Shown: piece by piece, positions 55,324-64,000 of the stretch
How the letters are laid out: each line of letters starts with the position of its first letter
Numbering within the stretch: the stretch's first letter is position 1
IMG/VR virus record: IMGVR_UViG_3300025704_000015
Span: 15,755-79,754 of that record
Origin: a virus
Strand: one strand, 5' to 3'
Length of the DNA: 64,000 bases
Translations under genes and position numbers: made by a program
Notes under the pieces: model-generated
Databases searched by the model: none
Told to the model about the DNA's origin: nothing
The model's input: only the letters and a program-made list of their open reading frames with translations

Positions 55324-58300
55324 ATGGCATCCATAGAATTTCCTCTTTCATTCACACGACAATTTGTCGGGCCACTTGATACATCATCAGTATATGATTC
55401 ATTAATAGATCTTCAAGACTATGTTAATAATAATCCTATTGCATATCTTGGTCAAGTTCTTAGTATAGCCAGTGGTGATGACGCTGGCATTTACATCGTT
55501 GGTGATGATGGTGCTGGCGGTTTTAATGTTGAAAAATATAGTAACGAAACAGATCTTAGTTCTAAAGCTAATTCATCTGATTTAACAACTCACATTAATG
55601 ATGCAACAAATCCTCATAGCGTAACTGCTACTCAAGTTGGTTTAGGTAGCGTAGAAAATACCGCTTTATCAACCTGGCCTGGAAGCGGTGCAATTACTAC
55701 AGTGGGAACACTTGGTAGTTTAACTGTATCTGGCCAAACTACATTTACTAACAATTTCCCGTTCTTACCTTCTGGTCCTCCAACAGACTCAAATCATGCA
55801 GTACCTAAAAGTTACGTTGATACTTTATCAGAGGGTTTACATACACACGATCAAGTTCATGCTTTAGCGCTCAGTGAATTAAGCGGTTTAATTGATGGAA
55901 ATGCTGGGCCTTCTACAGTGAGTTATGATAATGGAACCAATGGCGTTGGTGCCACACTTACTATTGTTTCTGCCGGTGAATTTAACTTTTTATCACCAAT
56001 CGTATGGGACAATGACCCTGATATTTTACTTACAAATAGAGTATTGGTTATTAATCAGGGAAATACTTTTGAGAATGGAATATATGAGATAACATCATCC
56101 ACCGTTTTAACTAGAGCGAGTGACTTTGATACCCCAGCAGAAATGGCAGGTGGTGATTTTGTATTTGTTACTCACGGCGATACTTACAATAATACTGGGT
56201 GGGTTCTTTCTGAACCTGTTAATACAGTTGGAACTGACGAAGTTCACTTCATTCAATTCTCTGGTGCGGGTTCATTTATTGGCGGGCATGGTATTACAAT
56301 CAATGGTAACGAAGTTTCTATTCCAAAGAACGAATTAATAGAACTTCAAGATCTAACTATATCCGGTGATTTTAAATTAATAAGCGATCCATTACCACAG
56401 GCAAATTATATATTAACAACTGATGCCGCTGGTATTGGTACATGGCAAGAACCGTTTCAATCGACTCTTAATTCAGTCACAACAAACGGAGCAACTACCC
56501 TCAACGATATTAGTGTAGGCAGGATTGTAACATTACATCCAACTAATCCAGTCAACAACAACATAGCCTCTGGTAATAGCAGTGCGTCTATTGGAGGAGT
56601 TGCAAATGTAGTAAGCGGGAATGGCTCAGTCAGTTATGGAGGTATCGGCCAAGAAGTTAAAGGGCTAGAGTCTTCGGCAATAGGTGGAATAAACACAATT
56701 CTAAACACTAGATACACCTCTGCTATTGGAGGAACTGGCAGTGTGGTTGGTTTAGGAACGTCGCCAATAGATGATATAGATGCACAAAATTCGATTGCAT
56801 TAGGGGGCAACGGTAATATAATTGAATCCGCACAAGCAGCGGCAACAGTAGGTGGAGACACAAATAGGATTTTAACAACTCATCACAGATCCGTTATTTT
56901 AGGAGGTCAAAACATTATAACAGATGCCGCGGATACTGCATACGTTCCCAATTTAAATGTCGGCGCAGGATTCAAAATGCCAACAGGCGCAATTGATACC
57001 TACGTGCTGACCACTGATGCAACTGGTGTAGGCACATGGCAAGAAGCGGCGGGAGGCGCTGTATCGGATTTAGAGTATTCAGGTGATTGGGATAGTGCTA
57101 CGAACCCCGCTTCTGCTACTACGGCACCAAGTAAAAATGCTGTATATGATAAGATTGAATTATTAGTAGCTGCTAGCACAGGTACAACAGATTTAAGTAT
57201 TGGTAATGTAACTGCGTCTTCTTTAGATATACAATCTAACACAGGAAACAATGCGACAATTCCAGCAGCAACAACAGTATCTGCTGGATTATTAACAAAC
57301 GCTCAATTTGATAAGTTGTCCAGCATTACTGTAACAAGTGCGATTAACCTTGATACCTTAACATCTAACATACAATCAAATTTATCCTATACATCAAGTG
57401 CAACAAACGGAGTTGTAACAAATAGTGATGGAAGCGGTTTTATAATTCCTGCGGCAACAGCAGTAGCTGGCACTAACATCGCTGGATTATTAACTCCAAC
57501 TCAATTTGATAAATTAGATTTAATTAGTATTGTTACTGATCCGGTTGATCTTAATGCTTTATCGAGCGATCTTAATACTTTATCGGGTGATCTTACTACT
57601 TTATCAACCGGCGTTTCAACAATTGCGGGGCGGGTTGATAATTTAGAAATAAACGTTAGTGCAATAACATCTAACGTATCGACAGATTTAGGTATTGGTA
57701 CTCATAATGATATATCTTTACATATAACAAGCAGCGATGGAGAAAATGCGATACTTCCTTTAGCAACAGCGTCAACTGACACTAACCTCGCTGGATTATT
57801 AAGCCCAACTCAATTTGATAAGTTGGACAACATTACAGTTGCATCGCCCGTTAATCTTGATACCTTATCATCCACAGTTGGCGGAATAACATCTAACATA
57901 CAATCAAATTTATCCTATACATCAAGTGCAATACAAGGCGTTATAGCAAATAGTGATGGAAGTGGTTTTATAATTCCTGCAGCGGATACCAACCTTGCTG
58001 GATTATTAACGAACGCTCAATTTGATAAGTTGGACAACATTACTGTAACAAGTCCGATTAATCTTAATACCTTATCATCCACCGTTGATGGAATAACATC
58101 TAACATACAATCAAATTTATCCTATACATCAAGTGCAATAGACGGAGTTATAGCAAATAGTGATGGAAGTGGTTTTATAATTCCTTTAGCAACAGCAGTG
58201 GAGGATACCAACATTGCTGGATTATTAAGCCCAACTCAATTTAATAAATTAAATTTAATTAGTATTGTTACTGATTCGGTTGATCTTAATGCTTTATCAA

Positions 58301-61206
58301 CCACCGTTGATGGAATAACATCTAACGTATCGACAGATTTAGGTATTGGTACTCATAATGCAACATCTTTACATATAACAAGCAGCGATGGAGACAACGC
58401 AATACTTCCTTTAGCAACGGCGTCAACTGACACTAACCTTGCTGGATTATTAAGCCCAACTCAATTTGATAAATTAGATTTAATTAGTGTAACAAACACA
58501 ATTGACCTTGATAACATTGTTGGGTCTGGTGACATAACAACAGATGATGCATGGGTAGCTGCTGGAGACTTGATTGTTGGCTCTGGAACAAACACGGCAT
58601 CAATATTACCCAAATCAGATAACAATTTTCTACATACGACAGCAGCAGGAGTTGTGCAATGGAAGTCGGCTATAGATGGAATTTCTAAGAATGGCACAGG
58701 TGCATTTAATAGCCGTAGAACTATTAATCTCATAGAGGGAACTAACATAACCCTAACGTTTGTCGATGATCCTTTGGGCAAGGTAGATGTTACTATAGAT
58801 GCCGCTGGTGGTGGAGGAGTTACAGATTTAGGTATTGGTACTCGTAATGATATATCATTACAGATAACGAGTAGCGATGGAGAAAATGCGACAATTCCTT
58901 TAGCAACGGCGTCAACTGATACTAACCTTGCTGGATTATTAAGCCCAACGCAATTTGATAAGTTGGACAACATTACTGTAACAGGTCCGATTGACCTTGA
59001 CAATCTCCCAACCGGTAGCGGTGATATGTTAAAGGCTGATTATGACCCAAATAATACAGCTCAAGATATCTATGATATTCGGTGGATGGTAGAGCACACA
59101 GACCCCTTGGCAACACCCAATAGAATTTTTACTAAATTAGAAAGAGACAAAGTTAATAATCTTTGGGTTGGAATTAATGAATTGGCCGCCAACGTAGCGC
59201 CAGTTGTTACTAATGACTCATCCCAAGGTTATTCGGTTGGTTCACTTTGGATAGACATCACTTCTGGAGAAGTATATAGGTGCGTTGATAATACCGTTGG
59301 AGCCGCGGTATGGGCCGAAACTTCACTATCAGGGCTAGCGCCAGTTGCTACTAGTGGCAGTGCTACTGACTTAACTACTGGAACTCTTTCAATCCTTAGG
59401 ATTGGTGATGAATCAATAACAAGCGGTAAGCTAGAAAGTACTATTACTACTTCGTTAGGAAAAGCCGATACCGCATTACAACCGGTGGATGTTGGAATTA
59501 GCGTCCAAGGGTGGTCTTCGGTATTATCTGCAACCACAGCTAGTTTCTTAGTAGCAGATAAAGATAAACTTGACAACATTATATTTGATGATCCTCGGGA
59601 TCCTGATATTCCAATTAACCTTGATACATTATTAAGTAACGTTACAACGAACAACAGTAAAGTATCTGCTGATGGTAGTGTAACAACGCATTCTGATATT
59701 AACGATGCGGGTTCTGGTAGTATCATTACTTTAAATGAAAGAGAGAAACTTTCATTAATCGCGTTTAATGCGGGACAAACTGCTCCTGATGATACTATAA
59801 ATTTAACTGATTTAGCATCAGCCGTTGCTGTTAATACGACAAAAGTATCTAACATACAATCAAATTTATCCTATACATCAAGTGCAATACAAGGCGTTAT
59901 AGTTAATTCTGATGGAAACGATGCTGTAATTCCTTTAGCAACAGCGTCAACTGGCACTAACATCGCTGGATTATTAACTCCAACTCAATTTGATAAATTA
60001 GGTAACATTACAATAAATCAGGCCGTTGATCTAGACGATCTAGAGACTAGGGTTAATAATATCGATGCTTCCGTTGTTCTAAAAGGAATTTGGGATCCTA
60101 ATAGTGGAAGTTTCCCAGCAAGTACCTTAGCAGGATTTAGTTACATCGTTGAAGCTGATGGAACAGTTGATAATATAACATTCAATGTTAATGACAGACT
60201 TATAGCATTAGTTGATGCTGCTTCAACTACTACTTATAGTCCTGATTGGTATAAAGCTGACTATACAGACCAAGTTTTATCGGTTAATGGTTTTACTGGA
60301 ACCGTTGTTTTAAATACAGATAATATAAGTGCAGCCGGCACCAATAAGTATGTAACTGCTGATGATGTTACTAAGTTGTCCAGCATTACTGTAACAAGTG
60401 CGATTAACCTTGATACCTTATTAAGTAACGTTACAACGAACAATAGTAAAGTATCTAACGTATCGACAGATTTATCCTATACATCAAGTGCAATACAAGG
60501 CGTTATAGTTAGTTCTGATGGAAACAATGCTATAATTCCTACGGCGGATACCAACATTGCTGGATTATTAAGCCCAGCTCAATTTGATAAGTTGGGTAAC
60601 ATTACAGTTACATCGCCAGTTAATCTTAACGATGTAATAGCAGCCCAAATAATTAACAATTCAAAGGAAGGAAACGCTACACACACTGGAGAAGTTACTG
60701 GCAATCTTGATCTGACGCTGCAGCCTTCGGCGATAAGTAATAGAGGCACCGTGACTGCATTAGCTGATAATGACTTTATTTTGATTGGTGATACAGATGA
60801 TAATGCCAGTCTTAAGAAAACGACCGCTCAATCTATTGCAGATTTGGCAACTCAAACTCCTGGTTTAAATACAGATGTTCAAACTATAACTTCTAGTGCA
60901 AATGCTGTTTCCTTTGATACTTCTAACGGGTGTAATGCTAGAATTATATTAACAGAAGATGTTTTATCGCTAGCAATAACTAAAGGCGGCGGAGCTTTAG
61001 ATAATGGAGATACTGGAATTATATTCATAAAGCAAAATGACCCAGGTGGCCACACATTTGCAGTTTCCACTCCTTCTACAATTAGAGTATATTCTGGTGA
61101 CTTGGCCAAGATCCCAGATATAACGATAAATAGTGTTGGCTCGGCTACTATCGGGTATGCATTTGATAGCGGCGAATTACATTTATATGTAAGTGAAACA
61201 ACTTAA
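55324..61206 (+). CDS. long tail-fibre-like protein (1960 aa)
   Basis: Thr/Ser/Gly-rich; RVLV..Q....ENGIY...RASD module; nine AGLLxxxQFxKL repeats; late promoter at 55311. Confidence 0.8.
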   Translation: MASIEFPLSFTRQFVGPLDTSSVYDSLIDLQDYVNNNPIAYLGQVLSIASGDDAGIYIVGDDGAGGFNVEKYSNETDLSSKANSSDLTTHINDATNPHSVTATQVGLGSVENTALSTWPGSGAITTVGTLGSLTVSGQTTFTNNFPFLPSGPPTDSNHAVPKSYVDTLSEGLHTHDQVHALALSELSGLIDGNAGPSTVSYDNGTNGVGATLTIVSAGEFNFLSPIVWDNDPDILLTNRVLVINQGNTFENGIYEITSSTVLTRASDFDTPAEMAGGDFVFVTHGDTYNNTGWVLSEPVNTVGTDEVHFIQFSGAGSFIGGHGITINGNEVSIPKNELIELQDLTISGDFKLISDPLPQANYILTTDAAGIGTWQEPFQSTLNSVTTNGATTLNDISVGRIVTLHPTNPVNNNIASGNSSASIGGVANVVSGNGSVSYGGIGQEVKGLESSAIGGINTILNTRYTSAIGGTGSVVGLGTSPIDDIDAQNSIALGGNGNIIESAQAAATVGGDTNRILTTHHRSVILGGQNIITDAADTAYVPNLNVGAGFKMPTGAIDTYVLTTDATGVGTWQEAAGGAVSDLEYSGDWDSATNPASATTAPSKNAVYDKIELLVAASTGTTDLSIGNVTASSLDIQSNTGNNATIPAATTVSAGLLTNAQFDKLSSITVTSAINLDTLTSNIQSNLSYTSSATNGVVTNSDGSGFIIPAATAVAGTNIAGLLTPTQFDKLDLISIVTDPVDLNALSSDLNTLSGDLTTLSTGVSTIAGRVDNLEINVSAITSNVSTDLGIGTHNDISLHITSSDGENAILPLATASTDTNLAGLLSPTQFDKLDNITVASPVNLDTLSSTVGGITSNIQSNLSYTSSAIQGVIANSDGSGFIIPAADTNLAGLLTNAQFDKLDNITVTSPINLNTLSSTVDGITSNIQSNLSYTSSAIDGVIANSDGSGFIIPLATAVEDTNIAGLLSPTQFNKLNLISIVTDSVDLNALSTTVDGITSNVSTDLGIGTHNATSLHITSSDGDNAILPLATASTDTNLAGLLSPTQFDKLDLISVTNTIDLDNIVGSGDITTDDAWVAAGDLIVGSGTNTASILPKSDNNFLHTTAAGVVQWKSAIDGISKNGTGAFNSRRTINLIEGTNITLTFVDDPLGKVDVTIDAAGGGGVTDLGIGTRNDISLQITSSDGENATIPLATASTDTNLAGLLSPTQFDKLDNITVTGPIDLDNLPTGSGDMLKADYDPNNTAQDIYDIRWMVEHTDPLATPNRIFTKLERDKVNNLWVGINELAANVAPVVTNDSSQGYSVGSLWIDITSGEVYRCVDNTVGAAVWAETSLSGLAPVATSGSATDLTTGTLSILRIGDESITSGKLESTITTSLGKADTALQPVDVGISVQGWSSVLSATTASFLVADKDKLDNIIFDDPRDPDIPINLDTLLSNVTTNNSKVSADGSVTTHSDINDAGSGSIITLNEREKLSLIAFNAGQTAPDDTINLTDLASAVAVNTTKVSNIQSNLSYTSSAIQGVIVNSDGNDAVIPLATASTGTNIAGLLTPTQFDKLGNITINQAVDLDDLETRVNNIDASVVLKGIWDPNSGSFPASTLAGFSYIVEADGTVDNITFNVNDRLIALVDAASTTTYSPDWYKADYTDQVLSVNGFTGTVVLNTDNISAAGTNKYVTADDVTKLSSITVTSAINLDTLLSNVTTNNSKVSNVSTDLSYTSSAIQGVIVSSDGNNAIIPTADTNIAGLLSPAQFDKLGNITVTSPVNLNDVIAAQIINNSKEGNATHTGEVTGNLDLTLQPSAISNRGTVTALADNDFILIGDTDDNASLKKTTAQSIADLATQTPGLNTDVQTITSSANAVSFDTSNGCNARIILTEDVLSLAITKGGGALDNGDTGIIFIKQNDPGGHTFAVSTPSTIRVYSGDLAKIPDITINSVGSATIGYAFDSGELHLYVSETT
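57190..60630 (+). repeat. dispersed/tandem ~55-60-aa fibre repeats (nine AGLLxxxQFxKL units)
   Basis: GCTGGATTATTAA...CAATTTGATAA recurs with near-identical DNA blocks. Confidence 0.85.
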
Positions 61207-61216
61207 AATAAAAATA

Positions 61217-61720
61217 ATGAAAAAATATAGATTAATAAAAAAATCTCCTTTAGAACTTTATAATAGAAACCTTGGTGGGTTCCCTTGGACATTAACAAGA
61301 AATACATCACCGCCTGAGACATTAGATGGATTTAAATATGTTGAAGAATTACCATACCCAGGAAATAATCTACTGGCTGAAGGAAAGGTTTGGGTAAGAG
61401 AATTAACAGAAGACGCTTACATATGGGTTCAAGCCGATGAACCAACGCTTGATGTAGATAACCGAACCGTTGAAGCTTGGAGAATTAGAGCTATAGCTAA
61501 AACTACTCCATTTTTAGATGAAATGCTAATTGATAAAATCAACAAAGAAATCTCTCTCATACAAGATCCATTAAATAAAGCCGTGGCCGAAGAAGTATTT
61601 TTCGGGGGAAATACGATAGACAGAGAATCTACATTATTAAATACTATGGCAAATAGTATTGGGTTAACGAGCAGTCAAATTGATGACCTGTTTATACAGG
61701 CTATAAATATAACTGTATAA
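61217..61720 (+). CDS. tail-fibre-associated protein (possible chaperone)
   Basis: Follows the fibre gene; C-terminal R.S.LL..MA..IGLT..QIDDLF..A motif. Confidence 0.6.
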   Translation: MKKYRLIKKSPLELYNRNLGGFPWTLTRNTSPPETLDGFKYVEELPYPGNNLLAEGKVWVRELTEDAYIWVQADEPTLDVDNRTVEAWRIRAIAKTTPFLDEMLIDKINKEISLIQDPLNKAVAEEVFFGGNTIDRESTLLNTMANSIGLTSSQIDDLFIQAINITV

Positions 61721-61727
61721 ATTAACT

Positions 61728-64000
61728 ATGAGTGTAAATTTTCCATTAGAATTAATTGGAGTAGGTGACGCCCCGTCTTCATCTGCTGAGACGGTAATAA
61801 GAAGAATAGATATTGGTACTAAGTTCGCTGAACTCCCCATTACCGTTGATGGTCTAGGGAACACTATAACTAACCCGCAGGAATATTGGTATAGATGCGG
61901 TGGTGGCTCTACTCAAACGGGCAATAGTATATGGTATGTTAATACAGGGGGCTCGCAAGTTTATGAAGGCAAAACCACTGCGTTCACTCCTGGTAATATA
62001 CCTAGTTATGTTCCAGCCGTGGTCCAACAAACCGAGAGATATAGACAATCCGGTACCAACCTTGAATATACAATTCCAAACCTTGCATCAGAATCGCCCC
62101 TGCCTAGTGGAACATATAGAGTGAATCTTATTTTTAGTGATAACTATAGAAACTTTAGAGTTGTAAATATTTTTATTAATAATATTTTTGTAGGTGAGCT
62201 TAGAGAGGAAAGCACCGATGGAACGACATTTGTAGGTGAATTTCAATCATATGATGTTGAAGTATCAACTGGTGTCATAGAGATACGGTTTGAAAAAGTG
62301 CAAGAAAACCCCAAAATCCATGGAATTGAAATCATAAAGTTAGGTACTACTGATGAGACTGCTTTTGTTACAATAGGAAATATTAATAACACTAATGATA
62401 ATACCGGCTTCGGTTCAGTTCCATATGTATATGAAATTGCAAAATATGAAACGTTTAGAAGAAAGATAGATGATTATAATGCAGATCCTGTAAATGTAAA
62501 TAGACAAATAACTGCAGGCGATCCTAGATTTACAGATGATCTGCATCCTGCATATAGTGTATTTGGAAACAGAGCTTTTCGCTTTGTTAACTGGTTAAAT
62601 GAAAGAGAAGGCTACCAGCCAGCATATAAAATTTTAGGTGGCGGTTCAAATGATCCTATTTCTCTTTGGAGTAGTGCTGAAGCGTGGCAACTCGGTGGTG
62701 AAAACAGATTTAGACATAAGGCCGCAAAATATTTCTTACCATCTTATAATGAATGGTATAAAGCAGCTTATTATGATCCTATTAATACTGTTTATTACGA
62801 TTATGCAACTGGAAGTGACACTCCTCCAATTTCTACACCTGGTGGTAAAGTTGAAGGAACCGCGGTGTATAATCAAGACATCAATACTGGTCTTGCGGTT
62901 GTAACTAATGCGGGTGGGGAAAGTCCTTATGGTATAGTTGGAGGAAACGGCAATGTTAGTGAGTTTTTAGAAACGGCGGTAGGGCTGGTTAATGATGACC
63001 CTTTGGAAAATAGAATATCTGTTGGTGGTACTTATTCTGATACTACTATTCAACCAGCTACGGCGACTCCTCCTGGAGCTTCAACCACTTTATTTACCGT
63101 TGATGATGCTATTACATTTAGACTCGCTCGTAATCCTAATGCATTTTTCTATACATCATATTTTGAAGAGTTCGTACCTATTAACAATCCTGGTAACGAT
63201 GCAGATACTGTAAATGGTGGTTATGGTGATGTTAGTTATACATATCAAATTGCAAAATATAGTGTTGCTGAAGAACAGATCGCTGCTTACAATACAGCCA
63301 ACCCTTCATTACAAATATCAATAGATTCTCGTGGTGAAAGTAAACCAGCTACAAGTGTATCGTGGAATGAAGCTGCTCGTTATATTAATTGGCTTAATAT
63401 AAGAGAAGGGTTTCAACCCGCTTATAAATTTACTACAAACGGAGTTAATGATAACATTACTCTTTGGAGTAGTGCTGAAGCTTGGCAAACCGACGGCGAG
63501 AATCTTTATCGCCATAAAGATGCAAAATACTTCTTACCTTCAGAAGATGAGTGGTATAAGGCAGCTTATTATGATAGTCAAGCAGATGTTTATTACACTT
63601 ATCCAACAGGAAGCGATACTACTCCAGTAAAAACAGCTGGTAGTACAATAACAGGAGAGGCTGTTTATGACGGTCAAAGTGGTCCTGCTGATGTTAATAA
63701 TGCTGGTGGTCTTAGTCCTTATGGAACGATGGGTCAAGGAGGTAATACATATGAATGGACTGAAAATGCCCTTGATGGTACAAATGATTCTACTACTGAG
63801 TTGCGGGGGTTCCGCGGCGGCAGCTGGTTCAGCGGCTCCAGCGGCTTGCAGTCGTCCTCCCGCGACGGCGACTTCCCGTTCGGCGGGGACATCGCCCTCG
63901 GTTTTCGTGTCGCCTGTAACGTGAATGCTAATCCTATATCAGCCTCGCTCATCACCATTGGCGATGCTAGTAATAATCCCGATGGTGCCACCCCCTTTGG
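61728..64000 (+). CDS. malectin + tandem FGE-type C-lectin domain protein (3' end outside the window; absent from ORF track); candidate DGR target and receptor-binding protein
   Basis: I translated the frame from ATG61728 to the window end without a stop. Malectin-like QTERY...GTYRVNLIF...NPKIHGIEI, two LPS..EWYKAAYY...SPYG...GN..E domains and the start of a third; TATAAATA at 61702. Confidence 0.85.
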   Translation, partial: MSVNFPLELIGVGDAPSSSAETVIRRIDIGTKFAELPITVDGLGNTITNPQEYWYRCGGGSTQTGNSIWYVNTGGSQVYEGKTTAFTPGNIPSYVPAVVQQTERYRQSGTNLEYTIPNLASESPLPSGTYRVNLIFSDNYRNFRVVNIFINNIFVGELREESTDGTTFVGEFQSYDVEVSTGVIEIRFEKVQENPKIHGIEIIKLGTTDETAFVTIGNINNTNDNTGFGSVPYVYEIAKYETFRRKIDDYNADPVNVNRQITAGDPRFTDDLHPAYSVFGNRAFRFVNWLNEREGYQPAYKILGGGSNDPISLWSSAEAWQLGGENRFRHKAAKYFLPSYNEWYKAAYYDPINTVYYDYATGSDTPPISTPGGKVEGTAVYNQDINTGLAVVTNAGGESPYGIVGGNGNVSEFLETAVGLVNDDPLENRISVGGTYSDTTIQPATATPPGASTTLFTVDDAITFRLARNPNAFFYTSYFEEFVPINNPGNDADTVNGGYGDVSYTYQIAKYSVAEEQIAAYNTANPSLQISIDSRGESKPATSVSWNEAARYINWLNIREGFQPAYKFTTNGVNDNITLWSSAEAWQTDGENLYRHKDAKYFLPSEDEWYKAAYYDSQADVYYTYPTGSDTTPVKTAGSTITGEAVYDGQSGPADVNNAGGLSPYGTMGQGGNTYEWTENALDGTNDSTTELRGFRGGSWFSGSSGLQSSSRDGDFPFGGDIALGFRVACNVNANPISASLITIGDASNNPDGATPF
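63798..63914 (+). other. candidate DGR variable region (VR)
   Basis: 81/114 GC and only 8 A over 63801-63914; encodes LRGFRGGSW...SSSR...P...LGFRVA with 26 of 38 codons ending in C. Confidence 0.75.

Noticed and set aside
1-63797. DGR template repeat or reverse transcriptase within the window
   Set aside because: By eye I found no AAC-rich GC-rich copy of the VR and no RT-like ORF; a computed search is still needed.
1-64000. Stop-codon reassignment
   Set aside because: Core genes are full length in code 11, and TAG (regA, gp43) and TGA (gp41) act as stops.

Overview
The window is a 64-kb AT-rich segment of a large lytic T4-like (Tevenvirinae-like, marine-type) myophage genome in standard code 11. 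It carries the T4 replication/recombination core: a split uvsW, then gp55, gp47, gp46, a CobT/CobS-like pair, gp45, gp44, gp62, regA, hsp20, gp43, uvsX, gp40, gp41, nrdB, nrdA and rnh. It also has a DNA-hypermodification cluster built around a dCMP-hydroxymethylase-type enzyme, an early operon of small ORFs, about 17 late genes whose products begin with one of three repeated capsid-targeting-like leaders, and repeat-rich tail-fibre genes. The most notable observations are: (1) a 69-nt tmRNA reduced to its tRNA-like domain, with no tag reading frame (45627-45695); (2) a 71%-GC, A-poor, NNC-codon patch that looks like the variable region of a diversity-generating retroelement, inside a malectin + tandem FGE/C-lectin protein missed by the ORF track (61728->64000; no RT or template repeat is in this window); (3) two arrays of genes with shared leaders (MSTEKYLLPNEKK x3, MNLSN x4) fused to mostly unrelated payloads; (4) putative virion-packaged enzymes (AAA ATPase + nuclease; KxDG ligase-like + Pol-beta NTase + HIGH NTase); (5) a ROSE-like thermometer on hsp20; and (6) a uvsW gene split around a small ORF. 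All functional calls come from reading motifs by eye; no searches were run.
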